Virus record (IMG/VR): IMGVR_UViG_3300042347_000998
Direction: 5' to 3' (one strand)
From: an uncultured virus (IMG/VR IMGVR_UViG_3300042347_000998)
Taxonomy: Duplodnaviria > Heunggongvirae > Uroviricota > Caudoviricetes
DNA: 64,000 bases
Program-made: the position numbers and the translations under genes
Notes under the pieces: model-generated
What the model saw: only the letters and a program-made list of their open reading frames with translations
What the model was told of the DNA's origin: nothing
Database searches by the model: none
Part shown: piece after piece, positions 1 through 6,458 of the stretch
Position numbering within the stretch: position 1 is the first letter of the stretch
Layout: every line of letters starts with the position of its first letter

Positions 1-13
1 TTTCTCCAACACA

Positions 14-343
14 ATGAAAATGTACCTGACTGTTCCTGAAATGAAAGTGATGTGGATTGTTGGTGCTGCCGAACGTCTTGCGACATTGGGTATGCTTTCT
101 TCCGACATTCCAATGAAACTTTCTGCTGATGCAGTCGATTATTTTATTGAGATTGATAATCACCGCAATATTCTGTTTCCAGATGATTTTGAGATTGAAC
201 AAATCTTCAGAATCATTGCAAAAGCAGAGAATGAATGTGAAGTATCTGATGATGACATGAATCAAATCATCAAATTGATTCTTGAATATAAGAACAATCG
301 CACTGAGATTGTGAAGTATGCACTGTCGCATCAGACTATCTAA
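14..343 (+). CDS. hypothetical early protein
   Basis: 109-aa ORF co-oriented with neighbours; no recognisable motif. Confidence 0.75.
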   Translation: MKMYLTVPEMKVMWIVGAAERLATLGMLSSDIPMKLSADAVDYFIEIDNHRNILFPDDFEIEQIFRIIAKAENECEVSDDDMNQIIKLILEYKNNRTEIVKYALSHQTI

Positions 344-356
344 GTCCAATGATACG

Positions 357-416
357 GTGTGCCACTTGTAGTGGTGGCACACTAAAAGAGCACAGACCCC
401 TCTGAGATGGTAGACT
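357..416 (+). promoter_or_regulatory. repeated early promoter element, copy 1 (palindrome + conserved block + extended -10)
   Basis: GTGTGCCAC-N8-GTGGCACAC (357-382), TAAAAGAGCACAGACCCC, TGGTAGACT with -10 at 411-416. Confidence 0.75.
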
Positions 417-431
417 GAACGGAGTTCAGAG

Positions 432-1019
432 ATGAGAGAAATGACTGCTTTCACCATCACTAAAAAGGGTCAAGAAATCTCTTTTGAGAGTAAGTTTGAT
501 TCTTTGGATGATGCAAAAGATTATCTTGCAAATAACATTAAGTATAATGATTTTGTAAGTGATCTTCTGTCGAAGAAGAAAGTTTCTGTAAAGCAGATTG
601 CTTGGATGCACTATCTTGCAACTCAGGATGTGATTGATTCTGAAACTCCTGCAGAAGATGGAGATTATCTGAAACTGGTGAATATGATGTATAATGCTGT
701 GCAGAATAATGTTCGCAAACTTCAAGTGCGACTGCCTGGTATTACTCTTTCCACGGTGAATAAAGGTGTAAACATTGGTTGTGTTTATGTTTATGAAAAC
801 AATCAATACGTTGCTAAGATTACAACTTCTGGTTTTTTGATGGGTAATGTCTCCGATGATGTTAAAAATCTTCTGGAGGATGCCAATGATAATCTTCTGC
901 AACTTGCGAAGATTTATGGTCACGAATCTGGTTCTTGTTCAATTTGTGGTCGCAAGTTGGATAATCCTCTCTCTGTGCAAATGGGAATTGGACCGATTTG
1001 TGCAAAGCGGTTCGGTTGA
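432..1019 (+). CDS. hypothetical protein with C-terminal DUF6011-like zinc ribbon
   Basis: C-terminal CSICGRKLDNPLSVQMGIGPICAKRFG matches the CxxCGRxLxxPxSxxxGIGPxC pattern. Confidence 0.75.
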   Translation: MREMTAFTITKKGQEISFESKFDSLDDAKDYLANNIKYNDFVSDLLSKKKVSVKQIAWMHYLATQDVIDSETPAEDGDYLKLVNMMYNAVQNNVRKLQVRLPGITLSTVNKGVNIGCVYVYENNQYVAKITTSGFLMGNVSDDVKNLLEDANDNLLQLAKIYGHESGSCSICGRKLDNPLSVQMGIGPICAKRFG

Positions 1020-1038
1020 GTTCTTTATTTGAAATAAA

Positions 1039-1248
1039 ATGAATTACGATGATTTTATGCACAATGCGAATCGTGCATACCTGGATCTAGATGTAGAAGA
1101 CCAACAACGGTATGGTCAGTTTCTGATGAATTATCTTCATCAACATCATCCAGACATTGTTGTTCCTGAAGAAGTTGATTGTTTCTACAACAACAACAAA
1201 GTTCCTAACTTTCTTCAATTCATTCACTCCCTAGATTCCAATGTTTAA
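1039..1248 (+). CDS. hypothetical protein
   Basis: 69-aa ORF in operon; contains the common phage small-protein motif QRYGQFLMN. Confidence 0.7.
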   Translation: MNYDDFMHNANRAYLDLDVEDQQRYGQFLMNYLHQHHPDIVVPEEVDCFYNNNKVPNFLQFIHSLDSNV

Positions 1249-1489
1249 TCAACTTACGTTTGTTCCGCATGATATTCCTAATGCTGTTCAAGGAAAGTAT
1301 AAGTTTTCCAATGGTTGGGAGATTAGTGTAGTTTCTGGTCCTGCTGGTTGTGGATTGTATGGTGTTATCAGTGACTTTACTTATGAAGTTGCAATCTTCC
1401 GACCGAATGGAAATATGACTGAAGATGTAAGTGGTTGGAATACTAAAGAAGAAGTATCTGCGATGATGTGGGTACTGTCTCAACTCTAG
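1241..1489 (+). CDS. hypothetical phage protein
   Basis: 82-aa ORF overlapping the previous stop; F.NG..ISVV...YEVAI pattern common in small phage ORFs. Confidence 0.75.
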   Translation: MFNQLTFVPHDIPNAVQGKYKFSNGWEISVVSGPAGCGLYGVISDFTYEVAIFRPNGNMTEDVSGWNTKEEVSAMMWVLSQL

Positions 1490-1500
1490 TCTCTTATACC

Positions 1501-1559
1501 GTGTGCCACTTGTTCTAGTGGCACACTAAATGAGCACAGACCCCAAAACCTGCTATAAT
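1501..1559 (+). promoter_or_regulatory. repeated early promoter element, copy 2
   Basis: GTGTGCCACT-TGTTCT-AGTGGCACAC, TAAATGAGCACAGACCCC, TGCTATAAT with -10 at 1554-1559. Confidence 0.8.
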
Positions 1560-1580
1560 AAGAGGACACAAGCAACTCAA

Positions 1581-2006
1581 ATGGACATTATTCCTCCCGG
1601 TTATCAACTTCACATCACTTCATGGGAAAACGATGCTGATAATTACAATACTAAAATACTCTCTGGTCTGACCAAAGAGGATGTGCGGTTTTATATTCAT
1701 TTTCTAAGTCATTTTAAGAGTCATAAACCTTACGGAAATGAGCATATTCAAGATTATCCGGATGCAGAAAAGATTGCAATTACCAACGCATATGAGAAGT
1801 GTCGTCCAACTACTCCACAACTACTTGAAGATGTAGAAGACTCGATTGAGTATTGGAAAACAAATGATTATGCTTGTGATTGGGTAAATGAAACAGTTGG
1901 TATTTGGCATGAAGGTGAACTTTATCGAGTATTTGATAGTTGTGAAGTGTATCTAATTGATACTCCTATTCCGAATGCAACCGAGGAGTTTGTGGACGGT
2001 TACTGA
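1581..2006 (+). CDS. hypothetical protein
   Basis: ORF track gives 1530..2006; start moved to the in-frame ATG at 1581 because 1530 lies inside the promoter repeat. Confidence 0.7.
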   Translation: MDIIPPGYQLHITSWENDADNYNTKILSGLTKEDVRFYIHFLSHFKSHKPYGNEHIQDYPDAEKIAITNAYEKCRPTTPQLLEDVEDSIEYWKTNDYACDWVNETVGIWHEGELYRVFDSCEVYLIDTPIPNATEEFVDGY

Positions 2007-2049
2007 ACTGGTACACTAAAAGAGCACAGACCCCTAAACCTGCTATAAT
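1991..2049 (+). promoter_or_regulatory. repeated early promoter element, copy 3 (degenerate left arm)
   Basis: CTGGTACACTAAAAGAGCACAGACCCCTAAACCTGCTATAAT, followed by AAGAGGACACAAGCAA as in copy 2. Confidence 0.8.
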
Positions 2050-2071
2050 AAGAGGACACAAGCAAAGGAAA

Positions 2072-2263
2072 ATGACTTACATTCCTCCTCAAATTGGTGA
2101 CATTAAAGTTTTCATTGGAGAAGGTTCAAATGGAACTTTTATTGTTCAGGTTGAAGAGTTCAAAGAAAACACTTTGCGAGGTGATGCTTACTGGGTAACC
2201 AAAGTATTCAAAAAATACAAGAAACAACAAGACGCAATTAAGTTTGCTTCCCGTTTTCAATAA
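2072..2263 (+). CDS. hypothetical protein
   Basis: 63-aa ORF with AAGGA upstream, directly behind promoter copy 3. Confidence 0.7.
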   Translation: MTYIPPQIGDIKVFIGEGSNGTFIVQVEEFKENTLRGDAYWVTKVFKKYKKQQDAIKFASRFQ

Positions 2264-2286
2264 TCTCTCTCAACTCTAAAGTAGCA

Positions 2287-2442
2287 ATGGAAGACCAAGT
2301 TAAACTGCTAATGCAAAGAATCAAAGAACTCAAGAGTGAAAGAGACAATACACCGAAACATCAATCTCAGGTGATTGAATCCATTACTGAAGACATCAAT
2401 TACTATCAGAATCAAATTAATTTTATGGTAAATGAGATGTAA
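2287..2442 (+). CDS. small hypothetical protein (51 aa, not in ORF track)
   Basis: MEDQVKLLMQRIKELKSERD...MVNEM read by hand; fills the gap between ORFs. Confidence 0.65.
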   Translation: MEDQVKLLMQRIKELKSERDNTPKHQSQVIESITEDINYYQNQINFMVNEM

Positions 2443-2465
2443 TCTCACCCTGAGTCTCTTATACC

Positions 2466-2524
2466 GTGTGCCACCTGTAGCACTGGCACAGTAAATGAGC
2501 ACAGACCCCTGGATGTGGTATATT
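2466..2524 (+). promoter_or_regulatory. repeated early promoter element, copy 4
   Basis: GTGTGCCACCTGTAGCACTGGCACAG, TAAATGAGCACAGACCCC, TGGTATATT with -10 at 2519-2524. Confidence 0.75.
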
Positions 2525-2573
2525 AAAGAGGTGGAGGGGTCTGGTCCCATCCGAGTCCAATTCTTCATTCTTT

Positions 2574-2762
2574 ATGCAAACTCTTCAGATGACTGCTGCT
2601 CAACGGATGGAAAAGCAATTCTTTATCAATTTCATTCAACTTGTGAATGATGTTCAAGGTAAGCAAAAACTTCCTTCGCAAATCAATTCCAATCGTAAAT
2701 CTACCTGGATCAAACAAACACAGAATCCCAAGCAAAAGAAAGATGCTCTTGCTCGCATCTAG
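2574..2762 (+). CDS. small basic hypothetical protein
   Basis: 62-aa ORF downstream of promoter copy 4. Confidence 0.65.
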   Translation: MQTLQMTAAQRMEKQFFINFIQLVNDVQGKQKLPSQINSNRKSTWIKQTQNPKQKKDALARI

Positions 2763-2799
2763 TTCTTTCCTCTTCATCTGATCCACATAAACATCACCA

Positions 2800-2973
2800 A
2801 TGTTGATTAAAACTGTTTTTGACGTTCAAACAAAACAACCTGGTTATGCTATTTGTGATCCCAAAACTGAACGATGTGGTTTTGTGACTTACTTTATCAC
2901 TAATGCTATTAAAGCAGGACAATGTAAGTCTTTTGATGAAGTGAAAACTCTGATTGCAAGCAGCAGCAATTGA
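2800..2973 (+). CDS. small hypothetical protein (57 aa, not in ORF track)
   Basis: MLIKTVFDVQTKQPGYAICDPKTERCGFV...SSSN read by hand. Confidence 0.65.
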   Translation: MLIKTVFDVQTKQPGYAICDPKTERCGFVTYFITNAIKAGQCKSFDEVKTLIASSSN

Positions 2974-2993
2974 TGTATTCACTGAACTTCTGA

Positions 2994-3215
2994 ATGAAAT
3001 TGAAAATGAGTCCTGAAACAATGATTATTCTTCAAAAAGAAAACCACGGGTGCATTTATACAATTGATCCTGATACAAATGAATTGTATTGTGCTCCTAT
3101 CTACACTAACAACACTGTAAATCTTTCTGAGTTTGCACCTGTTGATCTTACATCAGAAGATAATGTAGATGAAATCCTAAACATTCAAAAAGAACTGATT
3201 GCTCTAATTAAATGA
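2994..3215 (+). CDS. hypothetical protein
   Basis: 73-aa ORF whose stop overlaps the next start (ATGA). Confidence 0.7.
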   Translation: MKLKMSPETMIILQKENHGCIYTIDPDTNELYCAPIYTNNTVNLSEFAPVDLTSEDNVDEILNIQKELIALIK

Positions 3216-3511
3216 AACAAACAGTTAAAGATCTTATCAATCAACTTGAAAAACTTGATCCGAATGAAACAATCTTCTCAGTCATTTACACTAAGCAGAA
3301 TGTAAAAGAAGATCTGGAACATTATGATCACAATACAGGTGAAATTGTTTATCCATATAATGATGATCTAGCAGAACAAGTTCTTATCAATCTAGATTGT
3401 TATGATGTAATCTATGAAACGATTTACAAGAGTGTAAGAGATGAAATGTCTTATCAAGTAGATCAACTCTCAAGAAAAGAAAACATTTTATTTGAATCTG
3501 CATCTTATTAA
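3212..3511 (+). CDS. hypothetical acidic protein
   Basis: N-terminal TVKDLINQLEKLDP pattern common in small phage proteins. Confidence 0.75.
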   Translation: MKQTVKDLINQLEKLDPNETIFSVIYTKQNVKEDLEHYDHNTGEIVYPYNDDLAEQVLINLDCYDVIYETIYKSVRDEMSYQVDQLSRKENILFESASY

Positions 3512-3517
3512 ATCACA

Positions 3518-3673
3518 ATGACTGAAACATTTGTAAGGTTGAATGAAGATCAAATCAATCTTCTTCTTTATTGTATAGAGCAGCAAGAGTATGAGTTTAA
3601 TGATGATGAACAAGTTCTATGCGAAGCAATCATTGATACTTTCACCTCTGCTTTAGTAGAGATAAACACTTAA
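3518..3673 (+). CDS. small hypothetical protein (51 aa, not in ORF track)
   Basis: MTETFVRLNEDQINLLLYCIEQQE...VEINT, starting 6 nt after the previous stop. Confidence 0.65.
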   Translation: MTETFVRLNEDQINLLLYCIEQQEYEFNDDEQVLCEAIIDTFTSALVEINT

Positions 3674-3858
3674 TCATAAGATGAAATAATCATTTATAAC
3701 GATAAAATGTTTTAATTGATAATTAAATTAAATGTATTAAAAAACATATGTTAGTGTTTTGTGTTGATATAATGATAGTGTTATAATAGTCTTTATATCC
3801 TCTTTATATCATCTTTAGACACTTATAAATGCCTCCAGGTCTTGTTGTCTAGGCCCGC

Positions 3859-3887
3859 ATTATACCATAAGACCCAAAAAAAGTCAA
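3859..3887 (-). promoter_or_regulatory. sigma70-type promoter, minus strand
   Basis: Minus strand reads TTGACT-17 bp-TATAAT with TG extension (TGGTATAAT). Confidence 0.75.
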
Positions 3888-3936
3888 GGGCATTACAGAC
3901 ACTCCTAGGGGTGGCACAAGACATATAGACAATGAA

Positions 3937-3973
3937 ACTCCTGAGACTCACACATCTTATGAGTCTCAGGAGT
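3937..3973. repeat. perfect 14-bp inverted repeat
   Basis: ACTCCTGAGACTCA-N9-TGAGTCTCAGGAGT. Confidence 0.95.
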
Positions 3974-4007
3974 ATTTTATTAGTTACTCGTAAGACTCAT
4001 AGGACGC

Positions 4008-4064
4008 AGACACTTTGAGAAGTGGCACAGTGACTCGTGAGTCTCAGGCATTGTGCGGTAGACT
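4008..4064 (+). promoter_or_regulatory. degenerate copy of the early promoter element
   Basis: AGACACTTTGAGAAGTGGCACAG with TAGACT 30 nt after TGGCAC, the same spacing as copies 1-4 (29-30 nt). Confidence 0.55.
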
Positions 4065-4138
4065 TATAGGGTCGGGAGGGAGGGAATATTATAAAACTCC
4101 CAGAATCCCAGTGTTTATAATACTTTTCAGGGACATTA

Positions 4139-4190
4139 TAGTTTTGTCCCGAAACCCCCCATAAATAACCATAGTTTCGGGACAAAACTA
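4139..4190 (+). promoter_or_regulatory. perfect 17-bp hairpin with a late-promoter motif in the loop
   Basis: TAGTTTTGTCCCGAAAC-N18-GTTTCGGGACAAAACTA; ATAAATA at 4161-4167; ATG immediately follows at 4191. Confidence 0.8.
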
Positions 4191-4352
4191 ATGAGACCCC
4201 AAAAGTATAAGAATTTAGGACCAACTGAAAGAATGAGAGTGCCTTTATGCAAAAAGATTGAGACATTATGTCAAGTATTAGACGAAAAAGTAGAACAAGG
4301 TTATGATGCCGTTGAGTTATTAGATTCGTTTATTGAGAGTATTAGTAATTAG
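4191..4352 (+). CDS. 53-aa protein, possibly ribbon-helix-helix DNA-binding (not in ORF track)
   Basis: MRPQKYKNLGPTERMRVPLCKKIETLCQVLDEKVEQGYDAVELLDSFIESISN: basic arm, alternating beta-like ERMRVP, then helical-looking segments. Confidence 0.6.
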   Translation: MRPQKYKNLGPTERMRVPLCKKIETLCQVLDEKVEQGYDAVELLDSFIESISN

Positions 4353-4364
4353 TCAGAACGTGAT

Positions 4365-4405
4365 TGTGGAAAACCTGTGGAAGGTTCGTTATACCCTGTG
4401 GAAAA
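4365..4405 (-). promoter_or_regulatory. cluster of cyanobacterial-type DnaA-box matches
   Basis: TGTGGAAAA (reverse complement TTTTCCACA) at 4365-4373 and 4397-4405; 2-mismatch copy at 4376-4384. Confidence 0.5.
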
Positions 4406-4541
4406 CTATTCGTGTTAGAATCTCATTCGTCCTGAGAGTTCGTTATACATAAGAGTTCGTTATAATCATTCGTTGTGCTTATAGTATTATAATATATTCG
4501 TCTTATAGTATAATAATATAATAGCAACGTTATGTTTGAGA

Positions 4542-4823
4542 CCCCCCATAAGGTTTGCTATTTCAATCAGACAGTGCTATACTATTCGTTGTACACAGTT
4601 TCTGACATAAACTGATGTCGTCCTCTGAGTATCATAAACTCTCGGAGGAGTTCGTTATACAACCCCCCATAAGGTTTGTTATTCTTTTCGTCCTGTGCTA
4701 TACAATTCGTTATACACAGTTCGTGATACAAACTGATGCCCTCCGTTCGTTTATACTAACCCCCCATAAGGTTTCGTATTAGAATTAAACAGTAATGAAT
4801 ATAAACTATTCGTGATTGTTCGT
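4542..4823 (+). repeat. three tandem degenerate repeats starting CCCCCCATAAGGTTT; the first two contain sigma70-like promoters
   Basis: Units start at 4542, 4663 and 4760; TTGCTA-17-TATACT (4555-4583) and TTGTTA-17-TATACA (4676-4704). Confidence 0.8.
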
Positions 4824-5052
4824 TTATTATAATTAAACAGCACTGTTTGACAGTTATATTTTGTGTTGTTGTATTCTTATACCTAACCGATGCCCCCTAT
4901 ATAAAATCAATGGGTCCTTCAAGGCTACACCGAACCGAAAACGAGAGAGTAATTGTCTTTCAAATAAAAAAATTTTTCCAAAAAATTTTTCCAAAAAAGT
5001 TGAGGGCACAAGAACAAAAAATGATATATAAGTTTAGAATTTAATCAGAAAA

Positions 5053-5211
5053 ATGACAATGAGACTGGAGATTGATGATTACGAAAAAGATCTAATAATT
5101 GATACAATTCAACATAGATTAGACACCGATAAAATTTTAGTAATCAATGATAGACTGAGAGAAGAACTTGAAGATCTTCTAAGGAAAGTGGAAGAAGATG
5201 AATACGTATAA
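5053..5211 (+). CDS. small hypothetical protein (52 aa, not in ORF track)
   Basis: MTMRLEIDDYEKDLIIDTIQHRLD...EDEYV read by hand. Confidence 0.65.
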   Translation: MTMRLEIDDYEKDLIIDTIQHRLDTDKILVINDRLREELEDLLRKVEEDEYV

Positions 5212-5368
5212 TATTTCAGTAAATGGAAATGAAATATTAAGTCAAGTGCCGCAGAATGATTTACAGGAAAATCTGAAACTTATCAGAGGACTTGTATGGA
5301 CATCTGGGGGAAATGATGGGGATATTACAGTATCTCTAAATAAGAATGAAAACCATTGCAATGAATGA
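5198..5368 (+). CDS. small hypothetical protein (56 aa, not in ORF track)
   Basis: MNTYNISVNGNEILSQVPQ...HCNE, overlapping the previous stop. Confidence 0.6.
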   Translation: MNTYNISVNGNEILSQVPQNDLQENLKLIRGLVWTSGGNDGDITVSLNKNENHCNE

Positions 5369-5384
5369 TTTGTGGTGGTAGAAT
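5356..5384 (+). promoter_or_regulatory. sigma70-type promoter
   Basis: TTGCAA-17 bp-TAGAAT with TG extension, upstream of the ORF at 5420. Confidence 0.7.
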
Positions 5385-5419
5385 ACTAAAGAACAGATTA
5401 TTTTTCGCAATTATTTTTT

Positions 5420-6169
5420 ATGGCTAAAGGATTTACGGTAAAAGCAAAACTTCCGACAGGACCTGTGGAAGGAGAGTTTAATTTAGAAGCAGCAAAAGAA
5501 ATGATCCGAGGCAAATCAATTGTCTTTTGTTTGCCTGGACGAGGAGTATCTTATCTGTATCTGAAGAATTTTGTTCAGTTGTGTTTTGATCTTGTACAGA
5601 ATGGTGCAAGTATTCAAATTTCACAAGACTACAGTTCAATGGTGAACTTTGCACGATGCAAATGTCTTGGAGCAAATGTTCTCAGAGGACCCAAGCAGAT
5701 TCCTTGGGATGGAAAACTACAGTATGATTATCAACTCTGGATTGACAGTGATATTGTCTTTGATACTGAGAAGTTCTATCGTCTTGTAGCAATGGACAAA
5801 GAGATTGCTGCTGGATGGTACTGCACTGAAGATGGTCACACCACATCGGTTGCCCATTGGTTACAGGAAGATGATTTCAGAAGCAATGGTGGTGTAATGA
5901 ACCACGAGACACTGGAGACCATTCAGAAACGTCGTAAACCATTTACAGTGGATTACACAGGTTTCGGATGGGTTTTGATTAAGAAAGGTGTATTTGAGAA
6001 TCTTGAGTATCCTTGGTTTGCTCCGAAGATGCAGGTCTTTGAATCTGGTGAAGTTCAAGATATGTGTGGAGAGGATGTTTCATTCTGTCTTGATGCAAAA
6101 GAGGCAGGATATGAGATTTGGTGTGACCCTTTGATTCGAGTTGGTCACGAAAAGACACGAATCATCTGA
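5420..6169 (+). CDS. glycosyltransferase-like protein (GT-A fold), conserved in cyanophages
   Basis: DxD motif LWIDSDIVF, TGFGWVLIKKGVFE, GEDVSFC, C-terminal RVGHEK. Confidence 0.8.
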   Translation: MAKGFTVKAKLPTGPVEGEFNLEAAKEMIRGKSIVFCLPGRGVSYLYLKNFVQLCFDLVQNGASIQISQDYSSMVNFARCKCLGANVLRGPKQIPWDGKLQYDYQLWIDSDIVFDTEKFYRLVAMDKEIAAGWYCTEDGHTTSVAHWLQEDDFRSNGGVMNHETLETIQKRRKPFTVDYTGFGWVLIKKGVFENLEYPWFAPKMQVFESGEVQDMCGEDVSFCLDAKEAGYEIWCDPLIRVGHEKTRII

Positions 6170-6190
6170 TAAGTGTCTAGAAGGTATTTC

Positions 6191-6220
6191 TTGACCTTCT
6201 TTGAAACGTTATGATAGAAT
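6191..6220 (+). promoter_or_regulatory. sigma70-type promoter
   Basis: TTGACC-18 bp-TAGAAT with TG extension. Confidence 0.55.
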
Positions 6221-6318
6221 GTCTCTATAAGGTTTGTATCGTCTTATAGAGGCATTTTTATTGGCTTGAGAGACTTTATAAAAACCCCCTTATAAAAACC
6301 GTTAGATGGAGAACTAAA

Positions 6319-6456
6319 ATGGCACAAAAGAGTCGGAAGGATATGAAGATTGAGAGTATTCCGAAGAATACTCGACAAGGTGAAGGTAGAAATACTAAAT
6401 ATGCTGCTACGAGTCGCAATGGGGCACGTAAGAAGTACCGAGGTCAAGGACGGTAA
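6319..6456 (+). CDS. small basic protein (45 aa, not in ORF track)
   Basis: MAQKSRKDMKIESIPKNTRQGEGRNTKYAATSRNGARKKYRGQGR; GGAG upstream; KKYRGQG ending typical of a small T4-like phage protein. Confidence 0.8.
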   Translation: MAQKSRKDMKIESIPKNTRQGEGRNTKYAATSRNGARKKYRGQGR

Positions 6457-6458
6457 AT

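Larger units (their letters stand above)
3674..5052. other. large structured intergenic region; candidate replication origin or control region
   Basis: About 1.4 kb with only one small credible ORF; AT-rich tract, hairpins, promoters, DnaA-box matches and short repeats. Confidence 0.5.

Noticed and set aside
4542..4800. CRISPR mini-array
   Set aside because: The repeat is only about 15 bp, spacing is 121 and 97 bp, the spacers are similar to each other, and no cas genes are in the window
3997..5044. ORFs 3997..4266 (-) and 4847..5044 (+)
   Set aside because: They cross hairpins, promoters and A/T tracts, have atypical composition and are likely chance ORFs
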